Positions 1 to 8,684 of a DNA stretch of 63,879 nucleotides are shown piece after piece. The stretch comes from a virus (lineage: Duplodnaviria; Caudoviricetes), in the IMG/VR virus record IMGVR_UViG_3300037088_000377, positions 1-63,879 of that record. One strand, 5' to 3'. Position 1 is the stretch's first letter, and each line of letters opens with the position of its first letter. The notes beneath the pieces were generated by a model that was given only the letters and a program-made list of their open reading frames with translations, ran no database searches and was not told where the DNA came from. The position numbers were made by a program, and so were the translations under genes.

Positions 1-892
1 GCTCATGGTATTCGTCTCTGGCCGTTTTGCAGTCTACTTCCCCGTCCTTGGTGTGCTTAGCCTGTAGCTGTTGCCATGTGAGCGGTGTCGGGCACCCGGC
101 AGTGAGGGCGGTGTACTTGTCGTACTGCTTTGCAGCCGTCTCCCCGGATTCGTCCCTCATGCCGTCAATGTCGATGTCCCCCTTGCGGCATACATCGGCA
201 CGGCCAAGGGCGGGTGGCTTGTAGTCTCGGTCCATCGTTTGTAGTCCCGCCCGACCCAGTACCCCGCTTGCTGTCGGCTTGAGCTTGAAGAAGCCGTTCC
301 ACCTGCCGCCAATTTGAAACCAGTCCCATTCCTTTTCCGGGTTTGTGCGGTCAACAACCTTGATAACATCCCCAGCCTCATCCACCAAAACGTAGCCGTA
401 CTTGTGCTTATCCTGAAGGTCTGGGGCTTGTCCGAAAGGCACAATATTGGTACCGTAGTAGCCCTCGACGAACTCGGCAAAGCTCTCCTTGAGGCTGGTC
501 TTAGCCTCAACTTCCTTCCAGCCTTCCGGCAGGAATTTAAACTTCGCCCTATACCCCTCACCATCCTTCCAGTCCGTCGCGGTCCACTCAATGCCGTTCA
601 TCTTTCCGTAGCTGTCAAGCCTGTCTTTCAGCTTGAGGCCTTCCGCTTCCTCGGGGGTGGGGTTGCGCCAGAACTTCTGGTCCCATTTGCCGTCAATGAA
701 CCGGAGGTGCAGGTTGCCTTCCGAGTCTTGGTAGTAGGTAGTCTCGTCTTTGGCGAATTGCTCCCTCGCCTCTTCCGTGATATCAATATCCTTCACGAAC
801 TCGTCGTCTGTTCCGGTACACTCGAACTCGTGATATGGGGCGAGCTGCTTTTCTGGCTCAGGACCTATGACCAATACTGAAAAATGTGACAT
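1..892 (-). CDS. Phage hypothetical protein, partial (runs off the left edge)
   Basis: Absent from the ORF track because no stop lies in the window. ATG at 892 follows AAGGAGGA and reads MSHFSVLVIGPEPEKQLAPYHEFECTG...WDWFQIGGRWNGFF. The + strand ORF 314-880 is its shadow. Confidence 0.75.
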   Translation of the reverse strand, partial: MSHFSVLVIGPEPEKQLAPYHEFECTGTDDEFVKDIDITEEAREQFAKDETTYYQDSEGNLHLRFIDGKWDQKFWRNPTPEEAEGLKLKDRLDSYGKMNGIEWTATDWKDGEGYRAKFKFLPEGWKEVEAKTSLKESFAEFVEGYYGTNIVPFGQAPDLQDKHKYGYVLVDEAGDVIKVVDRTNPEKEWDWFQIGGRWNGFFKLKPTASGVLGRAGLQTMDRDYKPPALGRADVCRKGDIDIDGMRDESGETAAKQYDKYTALTAGCPTPLTWQQLQAKHTKDGEVDCKTARDEYHE

Positions 893-980
893 GATAATCC
901 TCCTTAAGTTTTAACTGCATCCATAGAAATACCGTGCCGTGAATAAAAGGCACAGCCAGTGATTGGTCATTACTCCCCTT

Positions 981-1199
981 TTAACCCATGTTTACGAGCA
1001 TTTTCCAAGCCATCGTAGACAGCATCAAACGATGCTCTGTGGGGCGTAATCCAAATTCATTCGCCACATCTATGACCCATTGATTGACTTTTATCCAGTT
1101 GTAGCCAAACTTTTCAGCACCTCGTTGATGCAACTCTTCAAACACTCGACGTTCCTTCCCGCTGCGCTTCATAACCTTCAGTTCTTGTCGAGTCATCAC
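981..1199 (-). CDS. Hypothetical protein
   Basis: 72 aa; ATGA overlap with the kinase gene upstream. Confidence 0.6.
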   Translation of the reverse strand: MMTRQELKVMKRSGKERRVFEELHQRGAEKFGYNWIKVNQWVIDVANEFGLRPTEHRLMLSTMAWKMLVNMG

Positions 1200-1741
1200 T
1201 CACCCTTCCCTTCCGTGTAGAACACATCCTCCCTGCCGAATGGCCGCACGGTCTTCTCTTGTAGTCGCTTGAATTGGAGGTCGATAGCCTCTTTGGGGAC
1301 AACCTCCTTGCCGGTGCGCAGGGCGTTACGGCGCAAGCACTCTTCCTTGTCGGTGTTCATCACGGTAAGGCAAAACTTCACCCGTGCCCCACGGGCAATC
1401 TCTTCAAACTTCTGGCGGGTTCGGGAGACACAGTTGGTGTCGTCCACGATGACATTCAGACCCATCCCGAGGCACATACGGATGGCTTCCTCTTCCAGCT
1501 TACGGACCACGTCCTCTTTCGCATGGTTCCACGGGGAGTCGGCAAACAGCATAGCCCGAAGGGTATCACGGTTCAGCCGCACGGTCTTGCCAGCGTGCCT
1601 GTTGACCACGCTCTTGGCGATGGTGCTCTTGCCAGAGCCCGCAGGACCGACCATAACGGTGAGCGTGGGGGCATCCTCCCGCCCGTTGCTGTAGTCGAAG
1701 TACTGTTCCGTGAACGATGCCTTTTCCTTTGAGCTTTGCAT
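1196..1741 (-). CDS. Polynucleotide kinase-like P-loop kinase (T4 PseT kinase domain / AAA_33 type)
   Basis: Walker A GPAGSGKST, LNRDTLR, VIVDDTN and CLRRNALR lid. No phosphatase domain. Confidence 0.85.
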   Translation of the reverse strand: MQSSKEKASFTEQYFDYSNGREDAPTLTVMVGPAGSGKSTIAKSVVNRHAGKTVRLNRDTLRAMLFADSPWNHAKEDVVRKLEEEAIRMCLGMGLNVIVDDTNCVSRTRQKFEEIARGARVKFCLTVMNTDKEECLRRNALRTGKEVVPKEAIDLQFKRLQEKTVRPFGREDVFYTEGKGE

Positions 1742-1756
1742 AGTGTCCTCTATTGA

Positions 1757-1990
1757 CTATGGGTTTTTGCAATCTTCACAGTCGCATAGCATAACGCTCG
1801 CCATCGCTCGGGAGCAATCAGACGGGGTGTCCTCGTGGATAGTGTGTCCAGCGCCCAAGGGGTCGGACCCATCCTTCCACCCATTATTTAAGTTTACCCA
1901 ATACCCGTTATCGCTGCCGCGTTCATCACTTACGCTTTCAATCTTGGCGGCGTATTGCTTAAGGGTTCCCGGAAGTTGAGAAATTCTCAT
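1757..1990 (-). CDS. Hypothetical protein
   Basis: Follows the early-type promoter/RBS motif at 2000-2018; C-terminal CDCEDC. Confidence 0.6.
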   Translation of the reverse strand: MRISQLPGTLKQYAAKIESVSDERGSDNGYWVNLNNGWKDGSDPLGAGHTIHEDTPSDCSRAMASVMLCDCEDCKNP

Positions 1991-2017
1991 AGTTACTCCC
2001 TCCACCTATAGTATACA

Positions 2018-2308
2018 TCAGACCTGAGCGGTTTTGGCGGGAAACTTTGAGCCGTCTGTGTCGGGGTTAATTACCCTGACATGGCGTACTCGCCCCTGGG
2101 AGTCAGTGGGGCAGAGGTCATTCCTTTCCAGCGAACGGATGTCAGGGAGGCTCTTCCACTTACGGTCGTCAACAAGGCGGCCGCAACAGGGGGTCTTGAA
2201 GGTCGTGCAGTCGGCGTACCGGCTGATGGGCACCACGGCGCACAGGTCATAGATTGCCCCGCAGTGCGTGCAGACGACAGGCGTCAGCATCCGTATCTTC
2301 TTTGCCAT
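2018..2308 (-). CDS. Zn-ribbon hypothetical protein
   Basis: GGAGGA RBS before MAKKIRM; CTHC...CC motifs. Confidence 0.6.
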   Translation of the reverse strand: MAKKIRMLTPVVCTHCGAIYDLCAVVPISRYADCTTFKTPCCGRLVDDRKWKSLPDIRSLERNDLCPTDSQGRVRHVRVINPDTDGSKFPAKTAQV

Positions 2309-2459
2309 ACTATCCTCCAGAGGGATGTGGCTCCTGTTATAAGGCACCACAATAGTATCAGACTCACCACTACGAGCAGGGGGAACGACAGGTCGTCCGC
2401 TGTGAGCATCAGGACCATCCACATCAGCAGAATGAATTCAGAATTGGGCGGTAGTATCG

Positions 2460-2882
2460 TCACTGGTAGTTCTCGTCCTGTATGATTCCGAACTTGTGGA
2501 AATAGCGTAACGGACGCCACTTATGGTCGTTCACGTAGAACCCCCACTTGTGATAGGGGCGACCGCAGAAGAGCAGCGTCCAAGCTCCCCCCTTGGGGAT
2601 TTCCAGGTAATGCCGCTTCAGTGCATCCGACTTCCATACCGACCCGGCCTTAACCTCAAAGGTTCCGTCTAGGGTGACGTTCTTGTAATGCCCTTTCAGG
2701 ATGATGGAGACGAAGTTCGAAGCATGGTCATGGAAGAAGCGCCGGTCGTCTGACCTCAGCCAGTGGTGGAGTCGGACGGAGAACCCGAAGATGATGAGCG
2801 TCCAACGATAGAGGTAAGGGCACTCGGGATGACCCATCGCCTCCTTCCATCGAATTTGGAAAATCTTGCCGAATGGCCCCAT
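2460..2882 (-). CDS. Cupin-fold phage protein
   Basis: RLHHWLRSDDRRFFHDHASNFVSIILKGHY...H...WTLLFCG matches the His pattern of phage cupin-like proteins. Confidence 0.65.
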   Translation of the reverse strand: MGPFGKIFQIRWKEAMGHPECPYLYRWTLIIFGFSVRLHHWLRSDDRRFFHDHASNFVSIILKGHYKNVTLDGTFEVKAGSVWKSDALKRHYLEIPKGGAWTLLFCGRPYHKWGFYVNDHKWRPLRYFHKFGIIQDENYQ

Positions 2883-2888
2883 ACATCC

Positions 2889-3167
2889 TTATCCACGGGA
2901 GCTTAGTCCCTTGTTCCACCATTCCCAGATGTCCTTGCCGTAGATGGTCATTAGGACTTCCTCGAACACAAAGTGGTCGAAATCTATGGTCCTACCCTTG
3001 GCAAGCTCCTCGATGCTTCCCACCACGAACCTCTTAAGCTTGTCCCAGTCGGGGTTGTCAAGCGGCTTGGGTGCTTGCTGTTGTTTCAGCTTCCGTGCTG
3101 CAATCTCCGCCTCCAAGGCCTCAGTGGTCAACTCCAAGAGAGCAGAGTTCAGTTTACTGTTTGCCAT
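2889..3167 (-). CDS. Hypothetical protein
   Basis: AAGGAG RBS; starts just downstream of the tRNA-like element. Confidence 0.65.
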   Translation of the reverse strand: MANSKLNSALLELTTEALEAEIAARKLKQQQAPKPLDNPDWDKLKRFVVGSIEELAKGRTIDFDHFVFEEVLMTIYGKDIWEWWNKGLSSRG

Positions 3168-3184
3168 GTATTTCTCCTTCAAAG

Positions 3185-3355
3185 TCAACGGAGAGGGACT
3201 CGAACCGCCCGACCTCTCTCAAGTAAATGAGAGCGCTCTTCAGTTAAACTCAGAGGTCGATGGCCATCGTGTTCCTCCGAGCCTAAAAGTCTCTCTAAAT
3301 CAAGGACGACGGCCATCGTCCTATAATTTAGAGAGCCCGCCTGAGCTATCCGTCG
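3185..3355 (-). ncRNA. tRNA-like RNA with a two-hairpin insertion of about 95 nt in the D-loop
   Basis: Acceptor CGACGGA/TCCGTTG plus A, then TA, D stem GCTC/GAGC, anticodon stem CTCTC/GAGAG with an 8-nt loop, variable loop AGGTC, T loop TTCGAGT. Hairpins at 3291-3335 and 3244-3286. No encoded CCA. Confidence 0.75.
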
Positions 3356-3932
3356 TAAACTTTCTTTTATTCCCAGGAACCCATTCAGCAAACAGTCCGA
3401 GTTCCCTAGCTTTACGCATTGCATCTGCGATGATAAGCCACGCTTTATAAGGCATTCCTCCGCGAACAAGATTACATCTTGTACAGCAGGGGATTACATT
3501 ACCTTTCAAGTGACCTTGTGCGTTATCTATTCGGTCTAAGCCAATATGTAAGTCATCTCGGGTTGCCCCACAGTACTGGCATCCTGTCGAAATCAAAGTT
3601 CTTACGTAATCTAGGTCAAGAACACAAGAAAATCCATGACGCTTATCCCACCTCCTGCAATCACTGATAACAAACCTTTCTTCGTTATTGTGCCTTCGGT
3701 TTTTTATAGTCTGGTTTCTTCGTTCATAGCCTGTTTCAGTCTTTCCCCACCGAGGCTTCCCATATCTACTATGTTTATTCCAGCAGGGGCGGCATAAAAA
3801 CCTGTAATACTTCTTCCCATTGCCTCCCCAGTGTGTGTGAAAATTACTGCCGTCCTCGGCTAACACTTTTCCACATTTTTTGCAGACATGTGGAAGTCTT
3901 ACGATTATTCCACCTACAATTTGACTTTTCAT
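3321..3932 (-). CDS. HNH-type (His-Me finger) homing endonuclease
   Basis: CKKC...CRPC Zn finger, then CQYCG...GLDRIDNAQGHLKGNVIPCCTRCN. The 3' end overlaps the tRNA-like element. Start codon uncertain. Confidence 0.8.
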   Translation of the reverse strand: MKSQIVGGIIVRLPHVCKKCGKVLAEDGSNFHTHWGGNGKKYYRFLCRPCWNKHSRYGKPRWGKTETGYERRNQTIKNRRHNNEERFVISDCRRWDKRHGFSCVLDLDYVRTLISTGCQYCGATRDDLHIGLDRIDNAQGHLKGNVIPCCTRCNLVRGGMPYKAWLIIADAMRKARELGLFAEWVPGNKRKFTTDSSGGLSKL

Positions 3933-4005
3933 ACTAAAGATATTGAAAGCCAAATTATTGGTCAGCGGGGTGTTTTGGTCAGGATACCCGCCGAAACTTG
4001 TTTGA

Positions 4006-4227
4006 TTATGCTTCATCCGCCTTCTTTTCAGTAGTACCGTGGCGCTCTTTCCGTAAGGCATACCGGAGAGCGTCGTCAACCGCTTGAGACAAAAGCTGAG
4101 CTTCCTCAATTAATGTGAGGTGGTGCGCCAGCGTCCAGTCAGTTAATAATCTTCCCAATTCGCCCTTGGCTTTCTGAACGAGGTTGAATCTTTCATGGAG
4201 CTTGGGAAGCGGACCAAGGTCTATCAT
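4006..4227 (-). CDS. Hypothetical protein
   Basis: AAGGAG RBS; 73 aa, in operon. Confidence 0.6.
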   Translation of the reverse strand: MIDLGPLPKLHERFNLVQKAKGELGRLLTDWTLAHHLTLIEEAQLLSQAVDDALRYALRKERHGTTEKKADEA

Positions 4228-4229
4228 AG

Positions 4230-4535
4230 TTACTCCTTAACGGTGGGCACAATCAAGCCAGCGGTGTCCCAACCAAGTTCTGTAAGCTTCCAGCCCGTGA
4301 TGCCATCCTGTGGTGACGGGGAACCCCGATAAAGCTTTTGGGTGATTAAGTTCTTATTGAATAAGGCACGGAAGGTGTCGTAGGACAAGCGCTTTCCGTC
4401 CATAATATAGTTGAGCTTAGCAGTCACTCGGTTTCCCAGTGAGCGGTAAGGGCTGTCCAAGGTAAGGTATTCGCACAAGTCTTCACCCTCGGAAAGCTTT
4501 TTCAGGACATGCTTTTGAGTTTTGGTTAACTTCAT
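4230..4535 (-). CDS. Hypothetical protein, possibly winged-helix
   Basis: MKLTKTQKHVLKKL...LFNKNLI...WKLTELG pattern. Confidence 0.55.
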   Translation of the reverse strand: MKLTKTQKHVLKKLSEGEDLCEYLTLDSPYRSLGNRVTAKLNYIMDGKRLSYDTFRALFNKNLITQKLYRGSPSPQDGITGWKLTELGWDTAGLIVPTVKE

Positions 4536-5065
4536 CACTTTCCTTTCCGGGACTTCTCCCATTGTTCTAATACCTTCTTTCGGATGCCTTTTGGCATCCT
4601 TTTTTTGTCGAAGAACATAATTCCAAAAGTGTGGTCCAACTCGTGGGAAGCACAGAAGGCGTCGTATCCGCTAAGTCGTACCGTCCAAGACTCACCCTTG
4701 AGCGGCTCTTGGTAGGTCAGATGGCATTCCGTCTGGCGGCTGACCATACCGTAGATATTGGGGAAGGACAAGCAGCCTTCCTGGTGGACTTGCCATTCGC
4801 CGAATGCCTCTACGGTGGGGTTGACGGCGATAATTTCTTCCCCATGATGGCCCCCCACCGACCGCCTCATAACAAAGAGCCTCTTCTCCAACCCGCATTG
4901 CGGAGCGGCGAGCCCTATGCCGTTCCCGTTTTTCATAGTCAATAACATCTGCTTGCCAAGGGTCTCTAGTCCTTCTCCAAATTCATCATCCTCCACTGGA
5001 GCACAGACGGTGGAAAGGATGGGGTCGTCCCAGATAGCGATTGTCAAAGGGGTTAACTCAGGCAA
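4535..5065 (-). CDS. def: Peptide deformylase
   Basis: All three PDF motifs: GIGLAAPQCG, EGCLS, HELDH. Probable TTG start after GGAGG. Confidence 0.92.
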   Translation of the reverse strand: MPELTPLTIAIWDDPILSTVCAPVEDDEFGEGLETLGKQMLLTMKNGNGIGLAAPQCGLEKRLFVMRRSVGGHHGEEIIAVNPTVEAFGEWQVHQEGCLSFPNIYGMVSRQTECHLTYQEPLKGESWTVRLSGYDAFCASHELDHTFGIMFFDKKRMPKGIRKKVLEQWEKSRKGK

Positions 5066-5537
5066 TTGGTCCTCCAGTAAGGCGCTCAACCTCTGACTTA
5101 TCAACGCCGTACCAGCCGACTCCGGCATAATAACGGTAGTATTCCTTTCCCGTTTTATGCTCTTCCTTGAACTCCACGATGGAGTAATCATCTTGGTTAG
5201 AACGGCTGGGATAGCTGTGGGCATCATAGTGCTCGACAAGGGTGCATGCCCGATTGGAAGAAGGACCAAATACATGTCCGAGACCAAACTTCTCCTCAAT
5301 GGCATCAGCGACCATCTCGGCTCCATTGGTGATGCTGCATCCCGGATTGTCTGCTATCTCTGTGACGATAAAGACTTTTCGGAGGTCCTGGTCGAAGTAG
5401 GCATCCAGATGGCAGGCGGCAATCTGCCGACCGTATCCTTTGTAGTTGAATCGCCCGGAAAACAGGCGGCTCATAGGTTCCTTGGCGGGAGTAATCTTGA
5501 GGTCTTCTAGGGTAATGGATTTCGGTGTAGTTTCCAT
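5058..5537 (-). CDS. Hypothetical protein
   Basis: 159 aa; preceded by the early-type promoter motif. Confidence 0.7.
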   Translation of the reverse strand: METTPKSITLEDLKITPAKEPMSRLFSGRFNYKGYGRQIAACHLDAYFDQDLRKVFIVTEIADNPGCSITNGAEMVADAIEEKFGLGHVFGPSSNRACTLVEHYDAHSYPSRSNQDDYSIVEFKEEHKTGKEYYRYYAGVGWYGVDKSEVERLTGGPIA

Positions 5538-5594
5538 GGTTTCTCCTCACTCATAGTATACATCGAACTTAGGTTGATGTTCAAGGATTCTGCA

Positions 5595-5993
5595 TTATTT
5601 GTTGAACCACGCCACGTGAGTCCATCGCCGGTCAATCCTCCCCCGCATGATATCCGAAGGATTGGCGGGAAAGCGCCAATAATGATGAGTGGGGCTGGCG
5701 TAGTATCCGCTTCCATCGTAGTCGTAAAAAGAGCCGCCCTTGCAGTCTTCAATGAATTCCTCCAAGGTGTACATATCTCCGTGCTCGGCGATGGGGTTGG
5801 GGTCACCTTTTCCCGTTAAAGCAGCCTCTAAGGCAGTAAGGTTGGGATAGACCTTGGGTCCCCAATACCGGTCAAACATTCGGTAGTACCGCCGCGTGCG
5901 CTCACGATTGTGCTGGCAGACAACACAACCTTTGCCCGTGCAGGGCACGGGGTCTCGGTGTATACGGCGGAAGTAGTGCATAGGTATGTACAT
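5595..5993 (-). CDS. Hypothetical protein
   Basis: Start re-called at MYIPMHY after the promoter/RBS motif at 6000-6045. Confidence 0.6.
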   Translation of the reverse strand: MYIPMHYFRRIHRDPVPCTGKGCVVCQHNRERTRRYYRMFDRYWGPKVYPNLTALEAALTGKGDPNPIAEHGDMYTLEEFIEDCKGGSFYDYDGSGYYASPTHHYWRFPANPSDIMRGRIDRRWTHVAWFNK

Positions 5994-6121
5994 TATAAGC
6001 CTCACTCTTAGTATACCTCGGGATGAGGGAATTTTCCAAGGATTCTTACAGGGATTGTATTCTCTTGCGGCAAAGCGGGGCGTGGGACTCCAGCCGGTCG
6101 AGAGGGCTGCCGTAGTGATGG

Positions 6122-6466
6122 CTAGCAAGTATGTCCGTTCCCTCCGCCTCTTGGGGAGGCTTGGGTTCCCCTTCCTTGTGCTTTGGGTTTTCGATACTCC
6201 TCCAGAACAAGCCCTTCTGTCTTCATCCATTCGGCAAACTTTGGAGATATTTCCCCCAATTTGTACAAGGTATGCCTTGTCGTGGCTGTCAGCGGGTTTT
6301 CGTCTGGAAGGAACTCAATGACGCTGCTCGTCACGATATGCTTACCTTCCTCAAACCGTTCGTCCCCATACACCTCTCCCTGCAAGTGGAGCCTCCGTAG
6401 TTCTGGGGCGACATAGTCTCCCCCTGTAAAGCTCCAGTTCTCAAGCCTTGGTGAAGTAACATCCAT
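6122..6466 (-). CDS. Conserved phage hypothetical protein
   Basis: RLENWS...YVAPE...LQGEVYGDERFEEGKHIVTS; GGAGGT RBS. Confidence 0.65.
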   Translation of the reverse strand: MDVTSPRLENWSFTGGDYVAPELRRLHLQGEVYGDERFEEGKHIVTSSVIEFLPDENPLTATTRHTLYKLGEISPKFAEWMKTEGLVLEEYRKPKAQGRGTQASPRGGGNGHTC

Positions 6467-6468
6467 AG

Positions 6469-7305
6469 CTATACCTCCCTCACAAACTTACCAGCAAGCT
6501 CCTTGAGCTTACCTCGAAAGCGGTTGAACTGTCTTTGTTCAATACCAAGCTGGTGCCCGGTATGTACACCAGACTGGATTTCCAGCAGATTGGACAGACT
6601 CCCACAGGTTACGCACCAATATCGTCGGGTGTCGGCGAAGCTCCCGCCTGCCTCCCACACAGCGCTTAGGAGCGGGGCTACCTCCGGTTCCTTCTCGTAC
6701 ACGAAATCAAGGAACTCCCCGGTGAACATTCGGTCGTCCTGTGTCTTGAAGTCCTTCTGGCTTGCCTTGGAGAGTTGCGTGGAGTGCTGGTAGACGAACT
6801 CCTCCGTGGAGGCCATGCGGTCATGGCTCATTTTCGTATCGTCTGCCTCGCTGCTAGACAGTGATACGTTATCCACCCGGCTCAGGGGGTTGCGGGAGAA
6901 TTTACTCCCAACCGTCCTGAACTTGTTCATAAGACAGAAGTTGATATAGTTGAGGAATCGGCGCTGGGACGCCCCGTACTGGCGGAACGGGTTGAACGTC
7001 TGGACCACGTCGCTTTTCCCGTCGTCTCGGTGCTTGGACTCCTCGGGCAGGGATTGCAGGTGGATGAGCAGGTCGTGCGCCCAGTCCTCTACCTCATCCT
7101 CGGAGCCGGTATACATCCGCTTCTTGACCCAGTTGTGGATGTGGTTCGGGAACCGAACATAGAACTCCGTGAAATCCTTGGGAACCACGAACCCGTCGTC
7201 TCCGACGTAGTGACCGTCTGTGGACACATAGAACTTATCTCCCGTATACCCGCTTTGTACGACTGCCACCGCCCCCTTGGGAGGAGGAGCAATGGGAGCG
7301 AACAT
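6469..7305 (-). CDS. Sigma-70/ECF-like phage transcription factor (putative)
   Basis: Region-2-like EDWAHDLLIHL...FLNYINFCLMNKFRT and a C-terminal HTH-like segment ending QFNRFRGKLKELA. Confidence 0.5.
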   Translation of the reverse strand: MFAPIAPPPKGAVAVVQSGYTGDKFYVSTDGHYVGDDGFVVPKDFTEFYVRFPNHIHNWVKKRMYTGSEDEVEDWAHDLLIHLQSLPEESKHRDDGKSDVVQTFNPFRQYGASQRRFLNYINFCLMNKFRTVGSKFSRNPLSRVDNVSLSSSEADDTKMSHDRMASTEEFVYQHSTQLSKASQKDFKTQDDRMFTGEFLDFVYEKEPEVAPLLSAVWEAGGSFADTRRYWCVTCGSLSNLLEIQSGVHTGHQLGIEQRQFNRFRGKLKELAGKFVREV

Positions 7306-7373
7306 TACCTTGAGTGGACCCGCACGTGCCTTGTGTGTTTTATTTTGACCTTAAATCTCTTGTTTCAGGGTAC

Positions 7374-8099
7374 TTAGCCGTCCTCCGAACCACTTGGACT
7401 GGCGTCGGTTTCCGGCGCTTCATCCTTCTGGTTCAGGAGGAGGTCCCACGATTCAGGTTGGGGGATAGTCGGTTTCCCGTGCTTCTTCAGCCAGTGGTTG
7501 TGCTGCTGGAAGTTCTTGCGAATTCGGAACAGCTTCTTCTTGCGCTCAAGTTCTTCGGGGGTTTCTTTCTTTTTTGGCTTCTTTTCGCCTTTCACCTTCT
7601 TCCCCTTGGCTTCCTTGGGGGCAGGCGGGGGAGAAATCTCAAGAGGCTGGGGCTGGGCAAGACGAGGGTCTGGCTCCACGGGAACCGGGTGAGACTCTTC
7701 CAGAAAGTCAGTGGCTTCCGCTACCAGCTCGGGAGCAGGTTTGGGTTCGAGAGCCAGGAAAACAGGCGGAGGGACTTTCTCGACCACGGGAGGAATCTCG
7801 ATGGGGGTGGGTCCAGGAAGAACCACGGGCTGGGGCACAAGGGCAACAGCAAGGGGGTCGATAGGTGTGGTCATGGTCAGGAGTCCGAGGCTGGCCAGCT
7901 TGTAAATCGTGGTTTCGATGGTCTTTTGGCGGTCGTTTTCAAGCCAACTCCTGAACCCCTTGACGAGCGTCAAGATAAGGCTCTCCAAGTCCACGGGAGG
8001 GTTTACTTCTGGCGCTATCCTCATGTACTCAGGGACATTAACCGATTCCTGCACAAAACTGTGAGGAATGAATGGAGCCTTAACTGGAGTATTTTCCAT
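7374..8099 (-). CDS. Pro/Glu/Lys-rich hypothetical protein
   Basis: GGAGG RBS before MENTPV; low-complexity middle region. Confidence 0.6.
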   Translation of the reverse strand: MENTPVKAPFIPHSFVQESVNVPEYMRIAPEVNPPVDLESLILTLVKGFRSWLENDRQKTIETTIYKLASLGLLTMTTPIDPLAVALVPQPVVLPGPTPIEIPPVVEKVPPPVFLALEPKPAPELVAEATDFLEESHPVPVEPDPRLAQPQPLEISPPPAPKEAKGKKVKGEKKPKKKETPEELERKKKLFRIRKNFQQHNHWLKKHGKPTIPQPESWDLLLNQKDEAPETDASPSGSEDG

Positions 8100-8357
8100 A
8101 CTCGACCCTCCTGGCTGTGGTTGTGGTTCCGTTTCAACTACTATGCCGCTGAACAGGCACTTATAGCATGAATCGGCTAATAATAATACCAAAAAACCGA
8201 TAAAAATCGGAAATTTCGTTTGGTCTGTCTGTTAGACGCATCAGAACCGCATATGGTTACACCCTCGCCTTCCGGCTTGAGTTTTCCCGTAGCTGCATGG
8301 ACGCATCCTTCCACCTACAGTATACACCAAAATGGGGTAGAAAAGCGGAAAATTTGA

Positions 8358-8377
8358 ACTACGCCTTACTTATATTG
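8358..8377 (+). promoter_or_regulatory. Putative late promoter, consensus ACTWY-N7-HTWWRTRG
   Basis: ACTAC-GCCTTAC-TTATATTG. Similar copies at 30590-30609(-), 31484-31503(-), 31508-31527(+), 41853-41872(-), 42921-42940(-), 46218-46237(-), 47536-47555(-) and 63386-63405(-). Confidence 0.6.
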
Positions 8378-8387
8378 GGAGCCGCGT

Positions 8388-8684
8388 ATGGGAAAGCTAA
8401 GGTTTCAGAGGTCGTTCGGGGTAGTCAGTTCGCAGGTCTTCAACCACCTGTCTGCCTCGTTGATGTCAAAGGAAGTCCTGAGAAAGGCTGCTGCTATGGG
8501 GATGTGGAGAGTGGCAGGAAATATTTTTGAGTGCCAGAGCCAATCAGAATTTTGGCAGGTACGGGGAAATAAGTTGGTCAGGCTGGTCGGGAACGAGGTT
8601 GATAACGGAGACCATCTTCCGGCCGCACCCTCTGAAAATCCTGAAGCCTTCATGTCAGATATCTTAGGAGACCTACAGTGGTAG
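8388..8684 (+). CDS. Hypothetical protein, first gene of the putative head-protein operon
   Basis: 98 aa; directly behind the late-type promoter. Confidence 0.65.
   Translation: MGKLRFQRSFGVVSSQVFNHLSASLMSKEVLRKAAAMGMWRVAGNIFECQSQSEFWQVRGNKLVRLVGNEVDNGDHLPAAPSENPEAFMSDILGDLQW

Noticed and set aside
314-880. 188-aa plus-strand ORF and the many other long antisense ORFs (e.g. 10107-11060, 12664-13749, 21355-22320, 54516-55409)
   Set aside because: They are shadows of better-supported genes on the opposite strand that have RBSs and recognisable motifs.
3185-3355. Ochre suppressor or Val tRNA (the loop contains TTA and TAC), implying stop-codon recoding
   Set aside because: The loop is 8 nt and non-canonical. 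Well-defined genes end at TAA, TAG and TGA without fragmentation, so there is no sign of recoding.
3958-3995. Hairpin ending CCCCGCTGACCA (minus), resembling a tRNA 3' end
   Set aside because: No T loop or cloverleaf; only an 8-bp stem.
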